This document shows, piece by piece, positions 39,678 through 48,856 of a stretch of 64,000 nt of DNA. The notes under the pieces were generated by a model. It had not been told where the DNA came from. It searched no databases and saw nothing but the letters and a program-made list of their open reading frames with translations. The DNA comes from Bacteroidota bacterium (GTDB lineage: Bacteria > Bacteroidota > Bacteroidia > Bacteroidales > VadinHA17): contig JADFDS010000041.1 of assembly GCA_018262715.1 (NCBI GenBank), positions 5,697 through 69,696 on the forward strand. Reading direction: 5' to 3'. A program made the translations under genes and the position numbers. Numbering within the stretch: position 1 is the stretch's first letter; the number at the start of each line of letters is the position of its first letter.

Positions 39678-40674
39678 GAACTATCTTCTTCCGTTTGATA
39701 ATGATCCTGAAAAATGTGTGCACCATGGCTATTGCAATTGTCATGCCAATAAGGAAGAGACCTGTGAAGGATATGAATTTGCTTCGGTTGGCTCCAATCA
39801 CATACGATTCATTGCGCAGGATCACCCCGTTGAGAAAGCCCTTTTCAACACGGGTTTCCTGGGCGACATATTTATAAAGTGTACCCATCAGGATTGAGTT
39901 CTGGCTGTGACATTCGGCACAACCCTGAACAGCACTGTCAGCCGGCATAACCTCATGAGCCACGAGGACACTGTCATTCATCCTGGTGTGGCAGTCAATG
40001 CACCTGACAGCCTCCATGTGACGATCGACATCGGGCAGCCATTCATGCTTCGGCAGCACGATACTGACATTCTCGTCATTAATCAGACCCATCACATCAG
40101 AGTTACCATGGCACCGGAGACACATCTCATTTGAGCGGATGATATATTCCCGGCCTCCCGTGGTTTGCCTGGCAAGAGGATTGTAATAGTGAGGGTCATG
40201 ACATTTCCAGCATGTTATCAGCCCTTCTGTGGCAGTATAATGGATGCTGCGCTGATACTCGGCATCGATCTCCTCAAACCTGTACTGGGCATAGTTCGGG
40301 TCGTAGCCATGACAATCAATGCACCCCCAGGAACTCTCAAACCGCGTTTCAAGCGGATGGGGAAATGTCTTGAACCCCTCAGCATGACAATCGAGGCAGT
40401 TAAAGCTCCAGTGCACAGAATTGTAGAACATGTCGGGTACAACCAGGTTATGTTCAGACATGAGCTGTTTCCTGGTGGTTCCCGTGGTGGTGTCGGTAAG
40501 AGAATAAACAAGTCTGCCGTGGCATACCAGGCAGTTGTTCTCATTGTCTTCTGCGTAAAGGCTGTTTGAGGCTCCGCGGACCGACTTTACCGTATCAGTC
40601 TCCTGGCCGGCCGCATCAGGGCTTGCAAGGAGAGGCAGAAAATAAAGTAAGAGCAGCAGCTTTCTTATGATCAT
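39670..40674 (-). CDS. Heptaheme c-type cytochrome with C-terminal membrane anchor
   Basis: Signal peptide. Seven CXXCH motifs (CLVCH, CLDCH, CIDCH, CWKCH, CLRCH, CIDCH, CAECH). C-terminal TM helix FISFTGLFLIGMTIAIAMVHTFF followed by basic residues. Its stop overlaps the cytochrome b start by 8 nt. Confidence 0.8.
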   Translation of the reverse strand: MIIRKLLLLLYFLPLLASPDAAGQETDTVKSVRGASNSLYAEDNENNCLVCHGRLVYSLTDTTTGTTRKQLMSEHNLVVPDMFYNSVHWSFNCLDCHAEGFKTFPHPLETRFESSWGCIDCHGYDPNYAQYRFEEIDAEYQRSIHYTATEGLITCWKCHDPHYYNPLARQTTGGREYIIRSNEMCLRCHGNSDVMGLINDENVSIVLPKHEWLPDVDRHMEAVRCIDCHTRMNDSVLVAHEVMPADSAVQGCAECHSQNSILMGTLYKYVAQETRVEKGFLNGVILRNESYVIGANRSKFISFTGLFLIGMTIAIAMVHTFFRIIIKRKKIVHE

Positions 40675-40687
40675 AATCCTTCTTCTG

Positions 40688-41524
40688 TCAGAACCGTACT
40701 GTCACATTCAGTCCTATCAGGAACTTACCGTCACTGATACTGTTCTGGTTGTATACAAAGTTATACTGTCCGAGGATATCTTTGTAATTTGCAAAGAAAA
40801 TCTGGAATGCATGTGTAGCTGTCCCTATCTCCCATCCCAGTGCCAGCTGTGGTTTGGCATTCAGAGACTCATCCTTCTGGCTGCTGAAGAGCTGGTCATA
40901 CTCGGCTATTATGCTGTGGGAGCCGGTCACATTGTACCTTGCACCGGCCGAGATGCCGTAATGGGCGTTCTTATAACCCACCTCAACGGCATTGAGCCAG
41001 ATAAATGTGGGCGCAAGCTGCAACGAAAGCTTCGTTCCGAACTGGCGCGCCACCAGGATCTGGTTGAAATATGAAAGACGGTGGATTTCACGCCAGTCAT
41101 GAGCCGGACCAAATGTATTCTGATTCAACAGGTTAATCCCCATATTACCGTAGTAGCTCAGTGATACGGGAACCGAACCTGACGAAGTCTGCTGCAGTAT
41201 GGCAAACTTCACCGCCAGATCCTGTGCCTTGTAGTTCTTGGCAGTACCTATGCCGATCATCAGTCTGTCAGTAATGCCGTAATTGAGCCCCAGGCGGATG
41301 TTGGCAGGGGCCCACAGGCCGAAGAGGTCATCAAGGGCATTGTTCACCGTCCCGAAACGGTGATGAATTTCAAACTCGAGCATGCCCTTGAAAGGCGTTG
41401 CCACAGTCTGATTATCAATTAAAATACTGGTCTCAAAAACCCTTACCGGGTAATCTTCGCTATCCTGGCAGAACACCGGGATAGTAATCAGGGCCAGAAT
41501 GACGGATATGACAATTTTTTTCAT
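40688..41524 (-). CDS. Outer-membrane beta-barrel protein (DUF5777-like, uncharacterised)
   Basis: Signal peptide, alternating hydrophobic beta-strand pattern throughout, C-terminal ..GLNVTVRF (terminal Phe). The motif MLEFEIHHRFG reminds me of DUF5777. Confidence 0.55.
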   Translation of the reverse strand: MKKIVISVILALITIPVFCQDSEDYPVRVFETSILIDNQTVATPFKGMLEFEIHHRFGTVNNALDDLFGLWAPANIRLGLNYGITDRLMIGIGTAKNYKAQDLAVKFAILQQTSSGSVPVSLSYYGNMGINLLNQNTFGPAHDWREIHRLSYFNQILVARQFGTKLSLQLAPTFIWLNAVEVGYKNAHYGISAGARYNVTGSHSIIAEYDQLFSSQKDESLNAKPQLALGWEIGTATHAFQIFFANYKDILGQYNFVYNQNSISDGKFLIGLNVTVRF

Positions 41525-41552
41525 GGTTGACTTTATTAAGGTTTCCTGGAAT

Positions 41553-41918
41553 CTAATTTTTTTCTGCTCCCTGTGTAGCCCACAGTTTTATGACATCCGT
41601 TGCCGGAATCAGAAGCGTGTCAATCTGCAGCATCTGCGATCCGAACGCTGTTATCGAAGAATGAATAGACAGTACCCTGCTTGAAGCTGGTGTTACTGTA
41701 TCAACATTTGCCGAGAGCTTGTCATAAGTCCGGTCAACGGTCCACGCTCCGTGGCAGCCCTGGCAGAATGGCTGAAGTGTTTCGGAGAAGCTCACCGTCA
41801 GATCCTGGGGTACTTCCTGCTTAGCCCAGGAATACTGTTCACACGAGGAAAGGGAAATCGCGCCCGCCACAACCAGGGCAGCCGCAAACGCTCTTGTAAT
41901 CCATGCCTTTCGCTTCAT
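41553..41918 (-). CDS. Small lipoprotein with a single CXXCH heme-binding motif
   Basis: Start chosen at MKRKAWITRAFAAALVVAGAISLSSC (lipobox LSSC). One CQGCH motif. The longer listed ORF start (41966) lies upstream of the candidate -7 box. Confidence 0.55.
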   Translation of the reverse strand: MKRKAWITRAFAAALVVAGAISLSSCEQYSWAKQEVPQDLTVSFSETLQPFCQGCHGAWTVDRTYDKLSANVDTVTPASSRVLSIHSSITAFGSQMLQIDTLLIPATDVIKLWATQGAEKN

Positions 41919-41941
41919 TTTGCTTTCTGTTATATTATTCA

Positions 41942-41949
41942 CAAATATA
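41942..41949 (-). promoter_or_regulatory. Candidate -7 promoter box (TATATTTG on minus strand) for the five-gene cytochrome operon
   Basis: Exact TAnnTTTG match 24 nt upstream of the ATG at 41918. Confidence 0.35.
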
Positions 41950-42026
41950 CCGGAATAAGAATACACCCCTCACGCAGTCAGGGCATATTTGGATTGATAT
42001 ACAGGTGTTTCTTGTCAACCCGGAAA

Positions 42027-42040
42027 TTGATATTTGTCAT
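42027..42040. promoter_or_regulatory. FNR/CRP-type box TTGATATTTGTCAT
   Basis: Shares 12 of 14 positions (TTGATnTTTGTCA) with the box at 37350. It lies 109 nt upstream of the operon start codon. Further TTGAT half-sites are at 41994 and 42092. Confidence 0.4.
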
Positions 42041-42154
42041 CCGGGAAACTGTTAAATGCTTTCCCGCACAGGAAAAGATTTACCGCTAAAATTGATGATC
42101 AACCCTGGAAACCTTATCAGGAAAGGTCATCAGGGAGATGAAGGCATGGGTGTT

Positions 42155-43861
42155 TCAGCTTACCTTATAGAGGCCAAGTGCTTTTTCCTCGAAAGAGCCG
42201 ATATACTCTGACCTCACGCGGTTTTCCGAGACAGCGAATGAAATGAACAACTCGGCCGAGGAGGTATAGCCGGCATCACGCTGGGCATCATGGAGCAGCA
42301 GGTAACCCATGACAATGTTGGCAGCCATCTCAACAAGGCGGCGTGCATGGAAATCTGTCAGTTCATTGTTGCCTGCAGAAACCACCTGTGCCACTCTCAT
42401 TTCATAATCACCGGCCAGGGAGACAAGTTCTTTCTTCAGGTGATCAAGTTCCGGCCTGAGCTCCTTCTTTTCATATTCACGTATCTGAGCCAGGTATCCT
42501 CCCGTTGTCACGCCCCTTATGGCAGCAACGACCTGCAACTGGGATGTGCCTTCATAAATGGATGTGATACGTGCGTCACGGTAAAGCCTCTCAACCGGGA
42601 AATCCTTTATGAAGCCTGCACCGCCGTGGATCTGAACAGCGTCATACGCTATCCGGTTGCACCACTCGCTGCTGATCAGCTTCACCATCGGGGTGTAGAT
42701 GTCTGCCAGCCTGGTGTTGTTCTTCAGATCCTCACGTTCCTCTTTTGTAAGCGGGCGTTCTGCCGCAATAAATGACCATGCCTTGTATGTGTCGACATAT
42801 CGGGCAGTCTCATAGAGGAGTGAACGCATCGCCTCAAGGCGGACCCTCATCAGGGTCAGCATCTCGTAAACAGCGGGAAACTGGTCTATCGTCTTTCCGA
42901 ACTGTTTCCTCTCAGATGCATATTTTCTGGCTTCCTCGTAGGCAGCCTGGGCTATTCCGACTGACTGTGCACCTACTCCCAGGCGGGCACCGTTCATCAG
43001 TGACATAACATACTTGATAAGGCCCATCCGGCGCTCACCTACCAGTTTTGCCGGTGCATTGCGGAAGACCAGTTCGCAGGTTGGTGAGCCCTTGATGCCC
43101 ATCTTGTTCTCGATACGTCTGACGATGACACCGCCGTCGGCCCTGTCATATACAAAGAGTGACAGTCCCCTGCCATCAGAGGTCCCCTCTTCGGAGCGGG
43201 CAAGGACGAGAGAGATTTCGGCATCGCCGTTGGTGATGAAACGTTTCACCCCGTTAAGCAGCCATGTACCCCCTGATTCGTCATAGTGAGCCTTGAGCTG
43301 CACTGCCTGCAGGTCAGACCCGGCATCCGGCTCGGTAAGGTCCATGGCGGCTGTAGCGCCTTTATTGAACCTGGGAAGGAATTCCTGCCTTATCTCGTCA
43401 GTGGCAAACTCGAGGATAGTCTCACCGCAGTCCTGCAGTCCCCAGATGTTTGCAAAGCCTGCATCAGCCCTTGAAACCAGTTCAGCAGCCATGACATATG
43501 GCACCATCGGGAAATTCAGTCCGTCATACTGCCTCGGGAAATTCATCCCTATCACCCCGGCCCTGGTGAGTGCCTCATGGTTCTCACGTGTGCCCCGGGC
43601 ATAGGTAACATGACCGTCAGCCACAGTGGGGCCCTCATGATCAACATCCTCCGCATTGGGAGCAATGACCTCGGCACAGATGGCGCCGATGATCTCCAGA
43701 ACCCTGTCATAGTTGTCCATGGCATCCTCGAAGTCATGAGGGGCATAGTCATATTTCTCCCTCTCCCTGTAATCCATCTCCTTCAGCCTGACGATCTTCT
43801 CCATCGCCGGGTGCTTCAGGTGGAACCTGAGGTCCTTGTTGTCAGTATAGAAATTTGCCAT
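42155..43861 (-). CDS. Acyl-CoA dehydrogenase (long form with C-terminal extension)
   Basis: ACAD motifs (..RFITNGD.. ; ..RITSIYEGTSQLQ..). 568 aa. Downstream of etfBA in the same orientation. Confidence 0.85.
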   Translation of the reverse strand: MANFYTDNKDLRFHLKHPAMEKIVRLKEMDYREREKYDYAPHDFEDAMDNYDRVLEIIGAICAEVIAPNAEDVDHEGPTVADGHVTYARGTRENHEALTRAGVIGMNFPRQYDGLNFPMVPYVMAAELVSRADAGFANIWGLQDCGETILEFATDEIRQEFLPRFNKGATAAMDLTEPDAGSDLQAVQLKAHYDESGGTWLLNGVKRFITNGDAEISLVLARSEEGTSDGRGLSLFVYDRADGGVIVRRIENKMGIKGSPTCELVFRNAPAKLVGERRMGLIKYVMSLMNGARLGVGAQSVGIAQAAYEEARKYASERKQFGKTIDQFPAVYEMLTLMRVRLEAMRSLLYETARYVDTYKAWSFIAAERPLTKEEREDLKNNTRLADIYTPMVKLISSEWCNRIAYDAVQIHGGAGFIKDFPVERLYRDARITSIYEGTSQLQVVAAIRGVTTGGYLAQIREYEKKELRPELDHLKKELVSLAGDYEMRVAQVVSAGNNELTDFHARRLVEMAANIVMGYLLLHDAQRDAGYTSSAELFISFAVSENRVRSEYIGSFEEKALGLYKVS

Positions 43862-43896
43862 TGCTGTTTCTTTTTGCGTTCAGACTGCTGTTGATT

Positions 43897-44916
43897 TTAC
43901 CTGGCGTTGGCCTTGTAGTATTTGATGAGCTTCGGAATGACCTCTGCCACATCACCGTTTATGACATAGTCAGCTATACTGTTGATGGGGGCCATCGGGT
44001 CATTGTTGATGGCGATGATCTTGCCGCTCTGGTTCATCCCGGCGGTATGCTGTATCTGACCTGAGATGCCGCATGCTATATAAAGCTTTGGCCTTACTGT
44101 CACCCCGGTCTGGCCTACCTGGCGTTCATGCCCGGCGTACCCTGCATCGACGGCAGCCCTTGAAGCAGCCACCTCGCCGCCAAGCACGGAAGCAAGCTCG
44201 TAAAGCAGGGCAAAATTCTCCTTTGATCCCATCCCGTAACCGCCGGAAACAATTATCTGGGCCGACTTGATATCCACCTTTCTGGCCTCCATGTGCCTTT
44301 CAATGATCTCCACGGCAAGGTCTTCGGGTCTGATGAAGGAGGCGACATCGATTTTCTTAAGCTCGCCTCTGTGGTTCCTGTTTACGATCTCGCGCTTCAT
44401 GACCCCCTCGCGTACGGTGGCCATCTGCGGCCGGTGGTCAGGATTGATGATGGTGGCAATGATGTTGCCGCCGAAGGCAGGTCTGATCTGGTAGAGCAGG
44501 TTTTTGTACGTGGTATCGGTCTTCTTGACATAGTGGTCGCCTATCTCAAGGCTGGTGCAGTCGGCCGTCAGTCCGCTGTGCAGGGCTGATGAGACCCTTG
44601 GGCCGAGGTCACGGCCGGTGGATGTGGCTCCCATCAGTGCAACCCCGGGTTGTTCCTGCCTGAAAAGGCCGGTGATCACCGAGGTGTAAGGCAGGGTGCG
44701 GTAGTGTTCCAGCACCGGATCATCAGCCACATGTACCACATCGGCACCATAGGGGAAAAGCTCGTTTTCAATGCCGTCAAGTCCGCTGCCGAGGACCACC
44801 GCTTCGAGGCGGCAGCCAAGGGTATTGGCCAGTGACCTGCCCCTGGTGAGCAATTCGAGGCTGACGTCGGCAGGCCTGCCTTCATCAAGCTCGCAAAAGA
44901 CGAATAGATTGTTCAC
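43897..44916 (-). CDS. etfA: Electron transfer flavoprotein subunit alpha
   Basis: FAD-binding C-terminal motif PKLYIACGISGQIQHTAGM. 339 aa. Confidence 0.9.
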   Translation of the reverse strand: MNNLFVFCELDEGRPADVSLELLTRGRSLANTLGCRLEAVVLGSGLDGIENELFPYGADVVHVADDPVLEHYRTLPYTSVITGLFRQEQPGVALMGATSTGRDLGPRVSSALHSGLTADCTSLEIGDHYVKKTDTTYKNLLYQIRPAFGGNIIATIINPDHRPQMATVREGVMKREIVNRNHRGELKKIDVASFIRPEDLAVEIIERHMEARKVDIKSAQIIVSGGYGMGSKENFALLYELASVLGGEVAASRAAVDAGYAGHERQVGQTGVTVRPKLYIACGISGQIQHTAGMNQSGKIIAINNDPMAPINSIADYVINGDVAEVIPKLIKYYKANAR

Positions 44917-44939
44917 TGCAACTATATTTTATCCGTTTA

Positions 44940-45803
44940 TCAACCAATTGTATGATTCTCAAGCAACTCCCTGACCAGTGACTCAACGTCTGCGTTTGAC
45001 GAGGTAAGGCGCTTCGACTCCTTTGCCTGGAGGATTACGTTCTCGATTTCCTTCACCTTTGTGGGTGACCCGGAGAGTCCGAGCTGTTCGGGATCAGCCC
45101 CGATGGCGTCTACGCCCCATTCGGTTATCCTGACGGATGACCTGCCTGCAGCAATGTAGTCAGAGCTTTCAGCCTGCAGTTCGGTGTCAGTGCGGGCATA
45201 CTTGTACTTCATCACCAGCCTGGCGTTGCGGTAACGGCATGCCGGGGCTGTTCCGTTCACTGTAACTACCAGCGGCAGAGGGGCTGATACTGTCTCCACT
45301 CCCCTCTCAAGACGGCGGCGAATGATCAGTTTTTCGCCCTCGAAATGCATCTCTTCGGCATAGGTCACCTGCGGCCATCCCAGCTTCTCAGCCACCTGCG
45401 GACCCACCTGGGCGGTATCGCCGTCAATGGCCTGCCGCCCTCCTATGACCAGGTCCGGCGCCAGCCTGTGCACTGCCAGCGCAAGAGCATATGAGGTGGC
45501 CAGCGTGTCTGAACCCGCAAAGGCCCTGTCAGTTAGCAGCACCCCGTCATCTGCACCACGGTACAATCCCTCCCGGATTATTTCCGCCGCCCTGACCGGA
45601 CCCATTGTGAGCAGGGTCACCGTTACCCCTTCATAACGCTCCTTTATTCGCAGAGCCTGCTCCAGGGCATTCAGGTCCTCGGGATTGAATATGGCAGGCA
45701 GAACGCTCCTGTTGACCGTCCCGTCAGCTTTCATGGCATCAGGACCGACATTTCGCGTATCCGGAACCTGCTTGGCAAGTACAACGATCTTGATTCCGTT
45801 CAT
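44940..45803 (-). CDS. etfB: Electron transfer flavoprotein subunit beta
   Basis: Start chosen at MNGIKIVVLAKQVPDTRNV (typical EtfB N-terminus). A TATATTTG box lies 23 nt upstream. The listed ORF adds 24 implausible codons. Confidence 0.9.
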   Translation of the reverse strand: MNGIKIVVLAKQVPDTRNVGPDAMKADGTVNRSVLPAIFNPEDLNALEQALRIKERYEGVTVTLLTMGPVRAAEIIREGLYRGADDGVLLTDRAFAGSDTLATSYALALAVHRLAPDLVIGGRQAIDGDTAQVGPQVAEKLGWPQVTYAEEMHFEGEKLIIRRRLERGVETVSAPLPLVVTVNGTAPACRYRNARLVMKYKYARTDTELQAESSDYIAAGRSSVRITEWGVDAIGADPEQLGLSGSPTKVKEIENVILQAKESKRLTSSNADVESLVRELLENHTIG

Positions 45804-45825
45804 CTCATTCTCGCTTTTGAAGTGG

Positions 45826-45833
45826 CAAATATA
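45826..45833 (-). promoter_or_regulatory. Candidate -7 promoter box (TATATTTG on minus strand) for etfBA-acd
   Basis: Exact TAnnTTTG match 23 nt upstream of the etfB ATG at 45803. Confidence 0.35.
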
Positions 45834-46058
45834 ACAATAAAACCATACCGCAAAACGGATGAAACTGAATTTCATTTATGCCGGTCGAAAGATATATGAT
45901 GTGCATTATGCTGTATATTATATTATTATGATATTTTCGCCGACCGGTCAATTAACACGTTCGAAACCTGAAACTTCTTTGTGTCGCGCTCTGCCACGGG
46001 TATTGAAAAATCAGTTAATTTCGTCGCCGACAAAATCACTTATTTTTTTTCCTCTCCG

Positions 46059-46973
46059 ATGAAAGGTAGACCCTACGCAGCCCTTGTTCTTTCCATGATT
46101 TTCTGGTCGTTCTCATTTGTCTGGTTCAAGGTGGCCAACGTTGACTATGACCCCATAACCATCGTCTTCATCAGGCTGTGCATTGCAATACTCTTTCTCA
46201 CAGGCTTTCTGTGGATCACCAGACGGTTCACCGCCATAAAAAAGGGGGACCGGAAGTATTTCTTCCTCCTTGCGCTTTTTGAGCCTTTCCTGTACTTCCT
46301 GGGTGAAAGCTTCGGTCTGACATACGTCTCATCAACAGTGGGTTCGGTAATAATATCAACCATACCGGTCTTTGCAGTCATCTTCGCATGGGTCATCTAT
46401 CGTGAGCGGCTGAAACTGATTAACTATATGGGTGTTATTCTCTCATTCATGGGAGTTCTCATTTTCATCACCAACAGTACAGGCAATATAATGATGAACC
46501 CGAAAGGGCTGGCGCTGATGTTCCTGGCAGTGGTGTCTGCCGTCGGTTACAACATGGTTCTTCACCGGCTGGCTCATGAATATGATCCGGTCACGATAGT
46601 CAACATTCAGAATATAATTGGCGCAATACTTTTCCTTCCGCTCTTCCTTGTGTTCGATCTTAAGGACCTGCTTGCCACAGGCATCGTTGCGAAGAGCTTC
46701 GGCTCGATAATTCTCCTGGCCATCTTCGCCTCGTGCGGAGCATTCGTGCTCTTTGCCTATTCAGTCAGGTATGTCGGGATTGCCCGGGCCAACATCTTCA
46801 GCAATCTTATTCCGGTGTTCACAGCAATCTTTGCGTTCTTCATCGTTGGCGACAGGCTGACGGCCCGAAACGGGGTGGGGATGGCGGTGGTGATTGCCGG
46901 CCTCTTCCTCTCGCAGGCCAGGAAGAACAGGAAGGCAGTGGTTGATACCGACTTTGCAGGGAGGAGTGCCTGA
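46059..46973 (+). CDS. DMT superfamily (EamA-like) transporter
   Basis: Ten predicted TM segments in two EamA-like halves. Start chosen at the ATG MKGRPYAALVLSMIFWSFSF. The listed ORF begins at an upstream GTG. Confidence 0.7.
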   Translation: MKGRPYAALVLSMIFWSFSFVWFKVANVDYDPITIVFIRLCIAILFLTGFLWITRRFTAIKKGDRKYFFLLALFEPFLYFLGESFGLTYVSSTVGSVIISTIPVFAVIFAWVIYRERLKLINYMGVILSFMGVLIFITNSTGNIMMNPKGLALMFLAVVSAVGYNMVLHRLAHEYDPVTIVNIQNIIGAILFLPLFLVFDLKDLLATGIVAKSFGSIILLAIFASCGAFVLFAYSVRYVGIARANIFSNLIPVFTAIFAFFIVGDRLTARNGVGMAVVIAGLFLSQARKNRKAVVDTDFAGRSA

Positions 46974-47033
46974 TAACCCTGAAATACCAGCTTTGATCAA
47001 CCCATTTTGCCGGGATTGTTATCTTTGTCCTTA

Positions 47034-48119
47034 ATGATTCAGAGGATGAGGCACAGGGCTCCCAATCTGCTTTCCGGCATTGCTGTTCTGCGACGGTGGG
47101 CTGTCGTTCTCCTGTTTCTCCCGGCCCTGTCCGGGCAGGTGCTTAAAGGCCAGACCGGCGGAGACAATACCTATGAGTTTCTTAACCTCAGTCATTCAGC
47201 ATTTGCCAATGCCACCGGCGGAATTAACGTTGCCTCGCGGCGAAGCGACCTGACCCTGCCGTACTTCAACCCCGCGCTGCTCGATGCCTCTATGGACAAT
47301 GACATCTCACTAAGCTTCTCATCCTGGTTTGCCGGAATCAGGTATGGCTACGCCTCCTGGGCTCACAGCACTGCCACTGCAGGTAACTTCGCCGGGGGGA
47401 TAAGTTTTATAAGCTACGGCACCTTCACCGAAGCCGACGAAGCGGGAAATATTACCGGTAGCTTCACTGCTGCCGAATACGGGTTCAATATCATCTGGTC
47501 ATGGCAGATAGACTCCTCCTTCTCCTTAGGTGTGAATCTCAAACCTGTGATCTCGAACCTCGAAAGGTATTTTTCTGCAGGTCTCTGTGCCGATATCGGG
47601 GCTACATACCGCAATGAGCGGATGCTGCTCGATGCCGGGCTGGTGATCCGCAACGCCGGACTGCTGCTCGTGGGTTATACCGCTGACGGAGGTGAGCCGC
47701 TTCCGTTTGAGATCATTGCCGGAGCCACCAAGAGGCTCGCCCATGCCCCCTTCAGTTTCTCCCTCACACTCAGGCACCTGGAGAAACCTGACCTGACTTA
47801 CGATTATGATCCTGAAGATGATGCCGGTCCTGGCGGTCTCGGTGAGGACATTCTCAGGCACATTGTCCTGGGCGTCGAGGTTCTTCCTTCAGACGCATTC
47901 TGGATCGGCGCAGGCCTTGACTACCGGCGCAGGGCTGAAATGCGGACCGGGCAGCGGACCGGCATGGCAGGCTTTACGGCTGGATTCGGAATACGAACAA
48001 AGGCCTTTGAACTGGCATTTGCACATGGCGCTTTCCACCCTGCCGGCGGATCAAACCACATAACGGTCACACTGAGACCTGAAATTATATTCAAAAAAAC
48101 AGAACATGCTGAACCTTAA
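47034..48119 (+). CDS. porQ: Type IX secretion system PorQ-like outer-membrane beta-barrel protein
   Basis: Signal peptide, then GGDNTYEFLNLSHSAFANATGGINVA..LPYFNPALL, which matches my memory of the PorQ N-terminal signature. Beta-barrel pattern. Assignment by recollection only. Confidence 0.5.
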   Translation: MIQRMRHRAPNLLSGIAVLRRWAVVLLFLPALSGQVLKGQTGGDNTYEFLNLSHSAFANATGGINVASRRSDLTLPYFNPALLDASMDNDISLSFSSWFAGIRYGYASWAHSTATAGNFAGGISFISYGTFTEADEAGNITGSFTAAEYGFNIIWSWQIDSSFSLGVNLKPVISNLERYFSAGLCADIGATYRNERMLLDAGLVIRNAGLLLVGYTADGGEPLPFEIIAGATKRLAHAPFSFSLTLRHLEKPDLTYDYDPEDDAGPGGLGEDILRHIVLGVEVLPSDAFWIGAGLDYRRRAEMRTGQRTGMAGFTAGFGIRTKAFELAFAHGAFHPAGGSNHITVTLRPEIIFKKTEHAEP

Positions 48120-48151
48120 CTGCACCGGTTCGTTTTAACCTGAAGAAGACA

Positions 48152-48856
48152 ATGACAAGGAAAAAAAGAAAAATAATCATTACGGTTGACGGATACTCAT
48201 CGTGCGGTAAAAGCACTTTCGCGAAAGCAATAGCCAGGGAACTGGGATACATCTATATCGACTCGGGAGCTATGTACAGGGCTGTGACTCTCTTCGCGCT
48301 GAGGCGCGGACTGGCAGGTAACGGAATTGCTGACGAAGCCGGAATTCTGAATGCTCTTCCGGAGATCACCATCACTTTCAGACCTGACAGCGAGACAGGA
48401 TTCTCAGCCACTTACCTCAATGGCGAGAAGGTGGAGAGGGAGATACGTGACCGCGAGGTCTCGGATAATGTCAGTCCTGTCAGCACTATTGCCGGCGTGA
48501 GGGCAAGGCTGGTGGAGCTCCAGAGGTCACTGGGCGCCGGCGGGGGTGTGGTGATGGACGGCCGTGACATAGGAACAGTGGTCTTCCCGGCCGCCCGGCT
48601 CAAGATCTTCATGACGGCAAGGCCTGAGGTGAGGGCGCAGAGGCGCTACCTCGAGCTGGTGAGCAAGGGACTGCCGGCTGACTTTGATGCGGTGATGAAA
48701 AACATAAGCGAACGTGACAGAATAGACTCATCGAGGGAAGTGAGCCCGCTCCGTCAGGCTGATGATGCGGTTGTGCTTGACAACAGCGACATGACGCCCG
48801 AAGAGCAGATGGTCTGGTTCAGGGAGCTTTACAAAAAAAGGATAAATGAAAGTTGA
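48152..48856 (+). CDS. cmk: Cytidylate kinase
   Basis: P-loop VDGYSSCGKST, then YIDSGAMYRA and RD..D..R motifs. Confidence 0.9.
   Translation: MTRKKRKIIITVDGYSSCGKSTFAKAIARELGYIYIDSGAMYRAVTLFALRRGLAGNGIADEAGILNALPEITITFRPDSETGFSATYLNGEKVEREIRDREVSDNVSPVSTIAGVRARLVELQRSLGAGGGVVMDGRDIGTVVFPAARLKIFMTARPEVRAQRRYLELVSKGLPADFDAVMKNISERDRIDSSREVSPLRQADDAVVLDNSDMTPEEQMVWFRELYKKRINES

Noticed and set aside
37477-40674. Nrf-type nitrite reductase (nrfHA), octaheme Otr/Hao/MccA, or alternative complex III as the identity of the multiheme genes.
   Set aside because: There is no CXXCK active-site motif. There is no NapC/NirT-type tetraheme with an N-terminal anchor. Heme counts are 6 and 7 rather than 5 or 8. 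No ActB/ActC-like Fe-S or polytopic subunits are present. A distant relationship cannot be excluded without profile searches.
44940-45875. N-terminally extended versions of etfB, and likewise pyrE to 24889, the DUF2007 ORF to 20499, the LysM gene to 62054 and the small cytochrome to 41966.
   Set aside because: The extensions add non-conserved, often hydrophobic or Cys-rich residues upstream of canonical N-termini or signal peptides. In several cases they lie upstream of a candidate -7 box or overlap the neighbouring gene.
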